Shown here: in pieces, positions 29,568 to 42,288 of the stretch
How the letters are laid out: the number at the start of each line of letters is the position of its first letter
Position numbering within the stretch: the first letter of the stretch is position 1
NCBI GenBank assembly: GCA_964016885.1
Contig: OZ024741.1
Location: 226,672,001-226,736,000 of the forward strand
Direction: 5' to 3'
Length of the DNA stretch: 64,000 nucleotides
Origin: Eledone cirrhosa
Lineage: Eukaryota
Made by a program: the position numbers and the translations under genes
Notes under the pieces: generated by a model
What the model was told of the DNA's origin: nothing
Database searches by the model: none
What the model saw: the letters and a program-made list of their open reading frames with translations, nothing else

Positions 29568-30101
29568 ATGTTCATCAATACAACCCCTAGAGGTGAATTA
29601 GCTTACAAATTTAGAAGGGCCCTAGATAAACTTAAACTTAATATTAAGATAGTAGAAAGACCAGGTACCTCCATAAAAACACATATTAGTAATACATACC
29701 CTTTTCAAAGACCTCCCTGTATAGATAAGAAATGTATAATCTTTAAACTAAGCCCCCATATTAACTGTAAAACTAGAAACATAGTATATAGCATAAGATG
29801 TACTGAAGGACAATGTAAAGATAAGAATATAGTGTACATAGGTGAGACAGCTTGTAGTATAGGAGAACGGTTAAATGAACACTGGCGAGAGCTTCAAGAT
29901 AGAAAAGAATCATCAGTAATCCACCAACATGCTAAAATAGAACATAAGGGCAAATTAGAGAACATAGAAATAAAAATAAAATCTACACACAGAAAAGATG
30001 CAATGTTTAGACAAATCGCAGAGGCAATAAACATAAATGAACTCCAACCAAAATTAAATAGAAAACATGAATGGAATAGCAACATCACAAATTACAATTA
30101 A
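29568..30101 (+). CDS. PLE linker plus GIY-YIG endonuclease domain (open segment of a disrupted ORF)
   Basis: 177-aa ORF with IVY...YIGET, R..EH, E and N catalytic-type residues. Confidence 0.8.
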   Translation: MFINTTPRGELAYKFRRALDKLKLNIKIVERPGTSIKTHISNTYPFQRPPCIDKKCIIFKLSPHINCKTRNIVYSIRCTEGQCKDKNIVYIGETACSIGERLNEHWRELQDRKESSVIHQHAKIEHKGKLENIEIKIKSTHRKDAMFRQIAEAININELQPKLNRKHEWNSNITNYN

Positions 30102-30170
30102 GGACAAAATGAAAACACACACACAGAAAAAACAAAGGAGAGGCACAAAACAAAGAAAAAAAAATCACAA

Positions 30171-30212
30171 GTCACTGAAGAGGTCACAGAATGTGTGACG
30201 AAAGAAATCTGA
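30171..30212 (+). ncRNA. Type I hammerhead in PLE 3' pseudo-LTR (family copies 50494-50536 on plus, 59944-59988 on minus)
   Basis: agtca CTGAAGA g-gtcac..gtgac GAAA GAAC TA tgact in the best copy at 59944. This copy has a slightly altered stem III. Confidence 0.75.
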
Positions 30213-30371
30213 TAAAATATGAACAACCGTCCGGTTGTGGAACCAACCAACCGAAAATTTATAAATTTTTTTGAAAAAAAGTTTTTTTGAAAAATTTTTA
30301 ATTTACAACAAATTGGAGTGAAAGCAACTGGTGCGTGTGTTTCTTATTGGCAACATGACCTCCCAAAGTAT

Positions 30372-30415
<44 letters not shown>

Positions 30416-30827
30416 TCAAAACAACGAACAGCGGAGGACACGTTTCGCACATTTCCGACAGACAATCTTTCCCCCACCCCAGAAAAAAAACCCAGTTGAT
30501 GGATGTGAATCCGAAATATATAGGGACAATTAAATCTCTCCCAAGGTAACTCTCTCTCGTGTTGTTATTTTTATTTTTATCCTTTACGCTCTTTCCTTCA
30601 TACCTCTACACGTCTTATACACGCCACGCATCTCAACGTACACCCACTTACATCTCTCTCTCCACCACCGGATCTTGTTACCTGGAGATTTACCCATTTG
30701 CATTGTCGAGGCTTCCAAACGACTTAAAGAAATTTACCTTATTTATATATATATTTATATTTATATGAAACAATATATATATGAAACAAAAATAAAGAGC
30801 GCTTACATCATCCATCAATCTTTATTT

Positions 30828-30872
30828 GCTGACAGTGTTTCGTCCTTGCATAATTGCAGGACTCATCAGAGC
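30828..30872 (-). ncRNA. Canonical minimal type I hammerhead (GUC site) in a non-coding element
   Basis: gct CTGATGA gtcctgca-attat-gcaaggac GAAA CACTG TC agc. Confidence 0.87.
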
Positions 30873-31340
30873 GTTATAAAGAGGAATTTAGATCAATAGT
30901 ATAAACTCTACCTACCTACATCACAAGAACAATCCATATGTAGCACAGAGGACTAAGAAGAGTGGGGTACTTGGACGACGCGTCACCGCTAGAAGCCGAT
31001 ACATATAAGACCAAAATCAGTTACAATGATTAAAGATAAAGAAAAATAAAAGATAAGGAAACGAAAGATAAGAGATAAAACGTAAAGGGTAGAGTCTAGA
31101 AGTAAGGATAAGATAAAGATAACAATAAAGTGATGATAATATTAGAAAATATAAAAAAATTATAAAAAATAATAAAAATAAAAATGAGAATAAAATATGA
31201 GAATAAAAAATAGGAGGTGATAAAAATAAAGATAAAAATAAAAATGAAACATAAAAGATAACACATTATATAAGCAATGCAAATAAATGCAAATAAATGT
31301 AGTTGTAGACAGTAAAGGATTTCAGAGGTGACAGTTTAAG

Positions 31341-31535
31341 AATAATTGTTTCTACATTTGGCACAAGGCCAGCAATTACCCAGTGTATTACTGGTACTTT
31401 ATTTTATCGACCCCGAAAGGATGAAAGGCAAAGTTAACCTCGGAGCGATTTGAACTCAGAATGGCAAGGACCGTAACTCTATGCGTCAAAGCATGGCGTC
31501 CAACCCTCTACCGATACTGCCAATCTTCCGCCCTT
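31341..31535 (-). mobile_element. SINE family A copy with TSD tttaagaataat
   Basis: Full-length match to the family; the flanking duplication is visible on both sides. Confidence 0.88.
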
Positions 31536-32199
31536 TTTAAGAATAATATCAACCAAAGTGAATGATGTAGGCAGAGTCAGATATAGCGGGAGCCAGATAA
31601 AGCGATCACATAGTGGAATTCCATGTATCCATCACAGTATGGCAACAAGTGTTAGAGGTGGCGTTCAAATGCAATTTATCTGTGTGGTTCACAGAACATA
31701 TAGGTCGCTAAAGCAAAGCGTAGTGGAAGCAGGTGAAAACAATCATCATGGATATCAGTAGAATATAACGTTTGCGCGTGTGTGTGTGTGTAAGTCTACA
31801 TAGACCTACGTACACACGCACACACACATATATATATACATCCATGTATCTACGTGTTCCATTCGTCCGTGTTACCCCTTACGATTACAATACTATCCAC
31901 TCCAGTCTCATGTTGGGATCAATACCTCCGCATCATAGCTGTGGGGTTGTGAATCCATGCAATGCTAAGTTTCCCAGCATACCACGTGGTGTAACGAATG
32001 ATTTAAATTATCCAAGTCATATAAGATGTAATTATACATATCGAGCTGTAAGGTATATTCGGCGCATCCACAGTATCGCTTATTATATTACAACCTGGTA
32101 CAATGGTAATCCAATATGTTTTAATTTAATTAATTAAATCAAATCAATTGACCGCTTAATTCCAGTGTTTACAGCGATCCAGCGCTTCTGTGTTCTTCA

Positions 32200-33738
32200 C
32201 TTTGCCCACATTCAAAGATCAACACTCAGAATATGATGACGTAGTAAACATTTCGAGTGGACATCATAACGCTCCTAGCAGGCCGGCCATTACCTTGGGG
32301 GAAGGATAAGGGAGGTCAGCCTGGCCGTCTATTTACGAAGATACAGATTAAATCATTCCGCGATAAGGGCGACAACTCTAGATTGTACCATTCCTCAAAC
32401 TCCAGGTCAAATCCAGCGACATCGAAGTTGGGGTCCCTATTCATACTAGTTGGGTGCGGGTACCTTAAGGGGTATGCAAGTTGCAGAGATAAATGAGTGC
32501 TAAAGAAAAATAAAAAGAAAAATAACCTAAGTTAAGAACGGCTTATCTAGTTACTCGGCTTAAAATAGAAGAAAGAACTTAGCATTATATGCGGACAGGA
32601 GGAAAATATCTCAGATTTCCTATTGAGCAAGTTTTGTCTGGAGTAAACTATGGCGGGAGATTCCAGAATGCACAGGTTACATAATTTGCTCGGTGGGCGA
32701 TAAGGTGCAGACTTGGTCACCTGTCTCCAATTAAGAGTATAGGAGGTGCCGGCTTTTTTTAAAACGGAAATATAGCCTGTCAACGAGGTTGTATTCTTAA
32801 GCCTATCATGCCTAAGGTGTTACTATGGGAGTTATATCTCGTTTTAAACGAGGTGGATGTTGAGCCAATGTAGGTTTTGTTAGAGGTAGGTGTTATGGCG
32901 TCACAAGCGTAGACTATATTTTTCATGAGGCAGTAGCCCCTCAGAGGGCAACTATCTCTCCGCCTACAATTACAGTTGAGGGTTGTGTCATTCAACATGC
33001 GTTGTGACGAGTGGCTGTTTGCACTATCCCTAAGCATTACTTATGCATTTGGTGGGTCACTACCTCTATCAGGCAACCCATTTCTAAGTGGGTTAGGTGG
33101 CTGGTGGTTATTTGCAGATCTGATGGTCTCAAAACCTTCCCTAATTTTCCTATTATTTGTGCGTGCTAAGTGTGAGGCTAGATTAGGTGTAGTAGAATAG
33201 GATAATTTAATTGTATTTTTATTAATAATACTGTGATATCTACTGCCTGGCGGGAAGTTCTTTTCTAGTATCGAGAAGAATATTCTAGGAAGGTTAGTAA
33301 GGACTTCGGAGTTATAAGGTGGGTTGAAATAAGTGTTTTGCCTTCTTCTATTTTTCCTATTTCTCCTATTTAGAGGGTTATTACTGTTAGGGTTTACTTG
33401 ATGCGGCTGTGCTGCATTATTTAGCTTACTACCAGTGCCATTGTCGTTTCCATTTCCTTGGTTTCTATCCTTAACTCCAATCACGCCGTTATTAGTATTA
33501 CTGCCATTGGTATTGGGCAAGTTGTTGGCGTGCCTATATGACTTTGGTCGGGCTGGATTATTTACGGTGTGATTCTTACTCCTATTCCTATTTCTATTAC
33601 GGTTATTATTTATAGATATATTGTGTGTTATTATAGTATTTAGCCTAGTATAGGTGGTTTCAGAGTTACTGGGTATATAAAATAGCTTATTTTTATATAT
33701 TTGATTTTGCTAAGGCTTCATTATAGTATGAAGCATTG
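32200..33738 (-). mobile_element. Penelope-like element 3' fragment (Hydra-type linker plus GIY-YIG)
   Basis: YFNPPYN, INKNTIKLSYSTTPNL, CNCRRRDSCPLRGYCL, YIGSTSTSFKTRYNSH, CNLCILE, LNRKSEIFSSCPH. Confidence 0.88.
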
Positions 33739-33945
33739 TACCGACCAATCAAAATTGTTTTGACCACAAGAATTTTTGCAAACACTAAGTAGCGCTGGAG
33801 CCACTTTTCTAACATAAAAACAGTCTTGGCGCAAAATCAACTTTTTACATTCACATGACATCTACCGACCAATCAAAATTGTTTTGACCGCAAGAATTTT
33901 TGCAACACCAAAGTAGCGCTGGAGCCACTTTTTTAACATAAAAAG
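33739..33945. repeat. Direct duplication of an 85-bp block (period about 125 bp) truncating the PLE
   Basis: TACCGACCAATCAAAATTGTTTTGACC..GTAGCGCTGGAGCCACTTTT at 33739 and 33864. Confidence 0.8.
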
Positions 33946-34163
33946 AGGTAGAATTCCCAAAACTAATCAGATCAGAGCAAACAACACGGACACTCTATCT
34001 CAAAATTATTTTTGAAAAGCATTTAGAAATGCGCAACCGGTAAAAACTTAAAAACTTAAAACTACGACTGAATACTAACCCATACAATTACTAATACTCT
34101 TTTATTCCTAATTAAACCATTTTTCAACTGTGAACAATTTGTCAGCATTTTCTATTCCGTTTA

Positions 34164-34251
<88 letters not shown>

Positions 34252-34350
34252 TGGCTACACAACAGTTAGTTCACTGTACCGAGAACAATTGTCCTATGGA
34301 CTGATTGCTCTACCACTACGGATATTACCTTCCAGTGTTCCACCACTATA

Positions 34351-34381
<31 letters not shown>

Positions 34382-34543
34382 ATACATACGGGCTTCCTGA
34401 TGATTTCTACCGAAAGAGACAGTTCTAGTCCTGTACAAACCATTTCTATGTTAAATAAATATATATATATATGTGTGGGTGAGTGTGTGTGTGTGTATGT
34501 ATGTATGTATATATATGTATATAATGTATATATATGTATATAA

Positions 34544-34585
<42 letters not shown>

Positions 34586-34766
34586 AAGTGGATGGATACA
34601 TCAACAGGTAAAATGTACTTGTAGAAATATTCAAGTTGTTTATAATACATGTGGTTCAATGGCACTAATTCGAGATACCAGAACAATATAAAAGTAGCGA
34701 AACAAACGGTTATTAAACAATTTTCTAAATAAATTAAAAAATGATTAAATAATCACCTGTTCAGAT

Positions 34767-34847
34767 GCTGTTACCGACGGTTTCATCATTCCGAAAGATT
34801 GGAAATCCAACGAATTTCCAATGGAAAGAAATGAATCTTCAGACAGC
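34767..34847 (-). ncRNA. Type I hammerhead, repeated every 457 bp (7 complete minus copies, last starting at 37509)
   Basis: gctgt CTGAAGA t-tcatttc..attggaaat-tcgttgg-atttccaat..ggaatga-t GAAA CCGTCGG TA acagc. Confidence 0.88.
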
Positions 34848-37800
34848 CCTATTTCCACGCTATAAGGTATAGCAAGTAAATATTATGCTCCCTGCCCAAC
34901 GCATGCGGTCAAGCCGTTAAAGTGACACACACGCAAATCAGGTCGCTGATAAAAGCTGGATATTATAAACATGTCGAATTGCCACTAAAATTAGCGGCAT
35001 TATTCAACGTTTTGTTCTCTACGTAAGGAGAATAAATTATAGAAGTGGATGGATACATCAACAGGTACAATGTACTTGTAGAAATATTCAAGTTGTTTAT
35101 AATACATGTGGTTCAATGGCACTAATTCGAGATACCAGAACAATATAAAAGTAGCGAAACAAACGGTTATTAAACAATTTTCTAAATAAATTAAAAAATG
35201 ATTAAATAATCACCTGTTCAGATGCTGTTACCGACGGTTTCATCATTCCGAAAGATTGGAAATCCAACGAATTTCCAATGGAAAGAAATGAATCTTCAGA
35301 CAGCCCTATTTCCACGCTATAAGGTATAGCAAGTAAATATTATGCTCCCTGCCCAACGCATGCGGTCAAGCCGTTAAAGTGACACACACGCAAATCAGGT
35401 CGCTGATAAAAGCTGGATATTATAAACATGTCGAATTGCCACTAAAATTAGCGGCATTATTCAACGTTTTGTTCTCTACGTAAGGAGAATAAATTATAGA
35501 AGTGGATGGATACATCAACAGGTACAATGTACTTGTAGAAATATTCAAGTTGTTTATAATACATGTGGTTCAATGGCACTAATTCGAAATACCAGAACAA
35601 TATAAAAGTAGCGAAACAAACGGTTATTAAACAATTTTCTAAATAAATTAAAAAATGATTAAATAATCACCTGTTCAGATGCTGTTACCGACGGTTTCAT
35701 CATTCCGAAAGATTGGAAATCCAACGAATTTCCAATGGAAAGAAATGAATCTTCAGACAGCCCTATTTCCACGCTATAAGGTATAGCAAGTAAATATTAT
35801 GCTCCCTGCCCAACGCATGCGGTCAAGCCGTTAAAGTGACACACACGCAAATCAGGTCGCTGATAAAAGCTGGATATTATAAACATGTCGAATTGCCACT
35901 AAAATTAGCGGCATTATTCAACGTTTTGTTCTCTACGTAAGGAGAATAAATTATAGAAGTGGATGGATACATCAACAGGTACAATGTACTTGTAGAAATA
36001 TTCAAGTTGTTTATAATACATGTGGTTCAATGGCACTAATTCGAGATACCAGAACAATATAAAAGTAGCGAAACAAACGGTTATTAAACAATTTTCTAAA
36101 TAAATTAAAAAATGATTAAATAATCACCTGTTCAGATGCTGTTACCGACGGTTTCATCATTCCGAAAGATTGGAAATCCAACGAATTTCCAATGGAAAGA
36201 AATGAATCTTCAGACAGCCCTATTTCCACGCTATAAGGTATAGCAAGTAAATATTATGCTCCCTGCCTAACGCATGCGGTCAAGCCGTTAAAGTGACACA
36301 CACGCAAATCAGGTCGCTGATAAAAGCTGGATATTATAAACATGTCGAATTGCCACTAAAATTAGCGGCATTATTCAACGTTTTGTTCTCTACGTAAGGA
36401 GAATAAATTATAGAAGTGGATGGATACATCAACAGGTACAATGTACTTGTAGAAATATTCAAGTTGTTTATAATACATGTGGTTCAATGGCACTAATTCG
36501 AGATACCAGAACAATATAAAAGTAGCGAAACAAACGGTTATTAAACAATTTTCTAAATAAATTAAAAAATGATTAAATAATCACCTGTTCAGATGCTGTT
36601 ACCGACGGTTTCATCATTCCGAAAGATTGGAAATCCAACGAATTTCCAATGGAAAGAAATGAATCTTCAGACAGCCCTATTTCCACGCTATAAGGTATAG
36701 CAAGTAAATATTATGCTCCCTGCCCAACGCATGCGGTCAAGCCGTTAAAGTGACACACACGCAAATCAGGTCGCTGATAAAAGCTGGATATTATAAACAT
36801 GTCGAATTGCCACTAAAATTAGCGGCATTATTCAACGTTTTGTTCTCTACGTAAGGAGAATAAATTATAGAAGTGGATGGATACATCAACAGGTACAATG
36901 TACTTGTAGAAATATTCAAGTTGTTTATAATACATGTGGTTCAATGGCACTAATTCGAGATACCAGAACAATATAAAAGTAGCGAAACAAACGGTTATTA
37001 AACAATTTTCTAAATAAATTAAAAAATGATTAAATAATCACCTGTTCAGATGCTGTTACCGACGGTTTCATCATTCCGAAAGATTGGAAATCCAACGAAT
37101 TTCCAATGGAAAGAAATGAATCTTCAGACAGCCCTATTTCCACGCTATAAGGTATAGCAAGTAAATATTATGCTCCCTGCCCAACGCATGCGGTCAAGCC
37201 GTTAAAGTGACACACACGCAAATCAGGTCGCTGATAAAAGCTGGATATTATAAACATGTCGAATTGCCACTAAAATTAGCGGCATTATTCAACGTTTTGT
37301 TCTCTACGTAAGGAGAATAAATTATAGAAGTGGATGGATACATCAACAGGTACAATGTACTTGTAGAAATATTCAAGTTGTTTATAATACATGTGGTTCA
37401 ATGGCACTAATTCGAGATACCAGAACAATATAAAAGTAGCGAAACAAACGGTTATTAAACAATTTTCTAAATAAATTAAAAAATGATTAAATAATCACCT
37501 GTTCAGATGCTGTTACCGACGGTTTCATCATTCCGAAAGATTGGAAATCCAACGAATTTCCAATGGAAAGAAATGAATCTTCAGACAGCCCTATTTCCAC
37601 GCTATAAGGTATAGCAAGTAAATATTATGCTCCCTGCCCAACGCATGCGGTCAAGCCGTTAAAGTGACACACACGCAAATCAGGTCGCTGATAAAAGCTG
37701 GATATTATAAACATGTCGAATTGCCACTAAAATTAGCGGCATTATTCAACGTTTTGTTCTCTACGTAAGGAGAATAAATTATAGAAGTGGATGGATACAT

Positions 37801-38052
37801 CAACAGGTACAATGTACTTGTAGAAATATTCAAGTTGTTTATAATACAAGTGGTTCAATGGCACTAATTCGAGATACCAGAACAATATAAAAGTAGCGAA
37901 ACAAACGGTTATTAAACAATTTTCTAAATAAATTAAAAAATGATTAAATAATCACCTGTTCAGATGCTGTTACCGACGGTTTCATCATTGACCGCATGCG
38001 TTGGGCAGGGAGCATAATATTTACTTGCTATACCTTATAGCGTGGAAATAGG

Positions 38053-38133
38053 GCTGTCTGAAGATTCATTTCTTTCCATTGGAAATTCGTTGGATTTCCA
38101 ATCTTTCGGAATGATGAAACCGTCGGTAACAGC
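38053..38133 (+). ncRNA. Same hammerhead on plus in the inverted arm (also starting at 38510, 38967, 39424)
   Basis: Directly readable: gctgtctgaagattcatt...aatgatgaaaccgtcggtaacagc. Confidence 0.88.
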
Positions 38134-39576
38134 ATCTGAACAGGTGATTATTTAATCATTTTTTAATTTATTTAGAAAATTGTTTAATAACCGTTTGTTT
38201 CGCTACTTTTATATTGTTCTGGTATCTCGAATTAGTGCCATTGAACCACATGTATTATAAACAACTTGAATATTTCTACAAGTACATTGTACCTGTTGAT
38301 GTATCCATCCACTTCTATAATTTATTCTCCTTACGTAGAGAACAAAACGTTGAATAATGCCGCTAATTTCAGTGGCAATTCGACATGTTTATAATATCCA
38401 GCTTTTATCAGCGACCTGATTTGCGTGTGTGTCACTTTAACGGCTTGACCGCATGCGTTGGGCAGGGAGCATAATATTTACTTGCTATACCTTATAGCGT
38501 GGAAATAGGGCTGTCTGAAGATTCATTTCTTTCCATTGGAAATTCGTTGGATTTCCAATCTTTCGGAATGATGAAACCGTCGGTAACAGCATCTGAACAG
38601 GTGATTATTTAATCATTTTTTAATTTATTTAGAAAATTGTTTAATAACCGTTTGTTTCGCTACTTTTATATTGTTCTGGTATCTCGAATTAGTGCCATTG
38701 AACCACATGTATTATAAACAACTTGAATATTTCTACAAGTACATTGTACCTGTTGATGTATCCATCCACTTCCATAATTTATTCTCCTTACGTAGAGAAC
38801 AAAACGTTGAATAATGCCGCTAATTTTAGTGGCAATTCGACATGTTTATAATATCCAGCTTTTATCAGCGACCTGATTTGCGTGTGTGTCACTTTAACGG
38901 CTTGACCGCATGCGTTGGGCAGGGAGCATAATATTTACTTGCTATACCTTATAGCGTGGAAATAGGGCTGTCTGAAGATTCATTTCTTTCCATTGGAAAT
39001 TCGTTGGATTTCCAATCTTTCGGAATGATGAAACCGTCGGTAACAGCATCTGAACAGGTGATTATTTAATCATTTTTTAATTTATTTAGAAAATTGTTTA
39101 ATAACCGTTTGTTTCGCTACTTTTATATTGTTCTGGTATCTCGAATTAGTGCCATTGAACCACATGTATTATAAACAACTTGAATATTTCTACAAGTACA
39201 TTGTACCTGTTGATGTATCCATCCACTTCCATAATTTATTCTCCTTACGTAGAGAACAAAACGTTGAATAATGCCGCTAATTTTAGTGGCAATTCGACAT
39301 GTTTATAATATCCAGCTTTTATCAGCGACCTGATTTGCGTGTGTGTCACTTTAACGGCTTGACCGCATGCGTTGGGCAGGGAGCATAATATTTACTTGCT
39401 ATACCTTATAGCGTGGAAATAGGGCTGTCTGAAGATTCATTTCTTTCCATTGGAAATTCGTTGGATTTCCAATCTTTCGGAATGATGAAACCGTCGGTAA
39501 CAGCATCTGAACAGGTGATTATTTAATCATTTTTTAATTTATTTAGAAAATTGTTTAATAACCGTTTGTTTCGCTA

Positions 39577-39639
<63 letters not shown>

Positions 39640-41172
39640 CTGGTTACACAACAGTTAGTTCACCATACCGAGAACAATTGTTTCACCTTACCGGATCTTC
39701 AGCTCGTAATGGACATGGTTATACGGAATAGGAAGGACAACCGTACGAACGCGCATGCGCACAAACCGGTCACTTCACACAGGCAATAATAAATGCGTGC
39801 AAGAGGTGTAAGGGAGATAACTGCGAATGTCCGAAAAGTTTTTTAGTTGATAAGAAAATTATGATGTTGTTGTAATGATTCAATCCGGTGTAGTTATTCA
39901 AGAGGTGTTTCGTGACGTATGGACAACGTGTGAAGAATTCATTACTTATGTTTAGACAATCACTATTGCATAATCTCTTTAGAATATTTATTCGTTCATC
40001 AATACATAGTCCACACGACGGATTTCCCCTTGCGTATGGCTTGGACTTAGTGATGGCTTTCCATTGAATGGAGTAGTCTATACCTGAGTCCTTGAGGGAC
40101 CATACGTGGCTCGTGAGTTTCGTGGATGAAGGTCTGTCCGGCAACCTAAAGGTCGACTGGTGGTTCAGGAAACTTTCCTTAAATCGGCCCTCCGCCATGC
40201 CCACATATGATTTGACCTCCTGTGGTTGGTTTGGTCGGTCGAAGTGACCACAGCTTCATAAATTACCTGCTGGTTTGTTGCATTGCTGTTGAAGGGGACA
40301 AGCTTCGGGCTTTCGGCAAGAGCACCCTGGTGGGGTGTTGCTCCTAGAGCTGCTGGTGATGTGGACCTTCATGTTCTTAGCGCAGGAGTATCCTTTAACC
40401 GACACAAAGTATAACTAGGATACTCCTGCGCTAAGAACATGAAGGCCCAGATCACCAGCAGCCCTAGGAGCAATACCCCGCAATACCCCAGGGTGCTCTT
40501 GCCGTAAGCCCGAAGCTTCAACAGCAATGCAACACACCAGCTGTAATTTATGAAGCTGTGGTCACTTCCAACCGACCAACCCAACCACAGGAAGTCAAAT
40601 CCTATGTGGGCATGGCGGAGGGCCGATTTAAGGAACGCTTCCTGAACCACCAGTCGACCTTTAGGTACCCGGACAGACGTTCATCCACGAAACTCGCGGG
40701 CCACGTATGGTCCCCCAATGACTCAGGTATAGACTACTCCATTCAATGGAAAGCCATCACTAAGTCCAAGCCATACGAAAGGGGAAATCCGTCGTGTGGA
40801 CTATGTATTGATGAACGAATAAATATTCTAAAGAGATTATGCAATAGTGATTGCCTAACCCGTGAAATGAATTCTTCACACGTTGTCCACACGTCTCGAA
40901 ACACCTGTTGCATAACTACAAAGCTTCGGATTAAATCATTACAACAACATCATAATTTTATTATCAACTAAAAACTTTTCGGACTTTCGCAGTTATCTCC
41001 CTTACACCTCTTGCACGCATTTATTATCGCCTGTTTGAAGTGACTGGTTTCTGCGCATGCGCGTTCGTACGGTTGTCCTTCCTGTTCCGTATAACCATGT
41101 TCATTACGATCTGAAGATCCGCTAAGGTGAAACAATTGTTCTCAGTATGGTGAACTAACTGTTGTGTAACCA
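39640..41172. mobile_element. 1.5-kb palindrome made of two head-to-head PLE 3' ends (GIY-YIG plus HHR)
   Basis: ORF 39770-40204 (minus) and 40558-40971 (plus) both encode YVGMAEGRFKE.FLNHQSTF...CGLCIDE. Arms meet at about 40390-40415. Confidence 0.92.
39666..39708 (-). ncRNA. Minimal type I hammerhead (mirror 41105-41147 on plus)
   Basis: tacgag CTGAAGA t-cc-ggtaa-gg-t GAAA CAATTG TT ctcggta; palindromic stem III ACAATTGT. Confidence 0.8.
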
Positions 41173-41242
41173 CTTCAACCTAACTCGTCCCATGGACTGA
41201 GTGCTTACCACTACGGATATTACCTTACAGTGTTCTACCACT

Positions 41243-41290
<48 letters not shown>

Positions 41291-41292
<2 letters not shown>

Positions 41293-41620
41293 TCACCATC
41301 ACCAGGTCGAGCTTGCTCGGCTTTCTACGACACGTCTCCTCCATCCATCTCTGTCTCTCATAGCGTTTGCCAGTTCTTCCGCAGTGCATCCAGTATCGTC
41401 CTCAGGTTGTTTGATGTATGTCTTCTTGGGACGACCAACGTTTCTTGCTCCATGAGATGGACTCCATAACAGCACATCACCTGCTCCGTGTGCTTTAAAC
41501 GTGTCTTAGAGGGAACACCCAACAAATACGGATCTCTATGGCAATATACCATCTATCAGCAGGTCAATACGTGGACAGAGACTCAGCTTTGCTGGCCACT
41601 GTTGGCGCAGCAAGGAAGAA
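41291..41620. mobile_element. RTE-LINE 3' end with 5' inversion
   Basis: Plus 41483-41618 reads ..REHPTNTDLYGNIPSISRSIRGQRLSFAGHCWRSKEE. Minus 41485-41300 continues AGDVLLWSPSHG..GRPKKTYIKQ...AMRDRDGWRRRV..STW*, then a (TGA/TGG)n tail. Confidence 0.85.
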
Positions 41621-41687
<67 letters not shown>

Positions 41688-41715
41688 GAGGGAGAGAGAG
41701 AGAGGGAGAGAGAGA

Positions 41716-41779
<64 letters not shown>

Positions 41780-42288
41780 CAGAGAGAGAGAGATACATAG
41801 ATAGATTCTATGATATTATCTTTAAAAGAAAAATGAATACATGAATACGTTGGGGAAAGATATTGTATTTTTATAACTTTTTCACTCAAGCAAAGTCAGA
41901 CACATGATTGATAAAATTGGATAGAGATGTACTTGTAAAATTTCTTTTTCCTACCATTCGTCTTAATTTTATTGATTTTTTCCTTTTTTTTTTTCGTGTA
42001 TTCTTTAAATATTCCATGAAACTCGTGCACTGAATTATTTGGCTATATACAATATCCCCCCAAAATAAAGAAGATAGAGAGCGAGAGCGCGCGGGAATTA
42101 ACCTGTAAAAAACTGCAACAAACATTTTGAATTATTGCATATTTAATAGAAACTTTATAACATATTAGTCATCGTATGTTATTTTTTCTATATAATCCAA
42201 TAAATAGCTTTAAAATATGATTATATTTTCCAAGCGTATCAAAGAGATCAAATATGCTTACCTTAAACCATTATTATATATTATATAT

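Larger units (their letters stand above)
27562..30376 (+). mobile_element. Penelope-like element (YVDD type, probably Nematis/Neptune-like) with inverted 5' segment (27562 to about 27770)
   Basis: PTDKSG, LYRLRKDHK, TRPVCGA, SMDVVSLYPSID, GAAIG, RYVDD, LPVLD; GIY-YIG NIVYSIRC...VYIGET...ERLNEH...RQIAEAI...LN. The inverted 23-mer AAAGCTAAAGTCGTGGCGTG marks the inversion. Confidence 0.9.
34580..39584. repeat. 457-bp tandem array with an internal inversion; candidate retrozyme concatemer (about 7.5 units one way, about 3.5 inverted)
   Basis: Unit starts at 34580, 35037, 35494, 35951, 36408, 36865, 37322 and 37779. Orientation flips at about 37989. Both ends abut (TA)n; units are near identical and non-coding. 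Confidence 0.95.

Noticed and set aside
30489-30525. HHR-like CAGTTGA t-ggat-gtga-atcc GAAA TATA TA ggg
   Set aside because: Two core substitutions; probably a dead hammerhead, not counted as a feature.
34580-39584. CRISPR-like or rDNA/snRNA tandem array
   Set aside because: Units are identical along their full length with no unique spacers, the context is eukaryotic, and I recognise no 5S, U snRNA or tRNA sequence.
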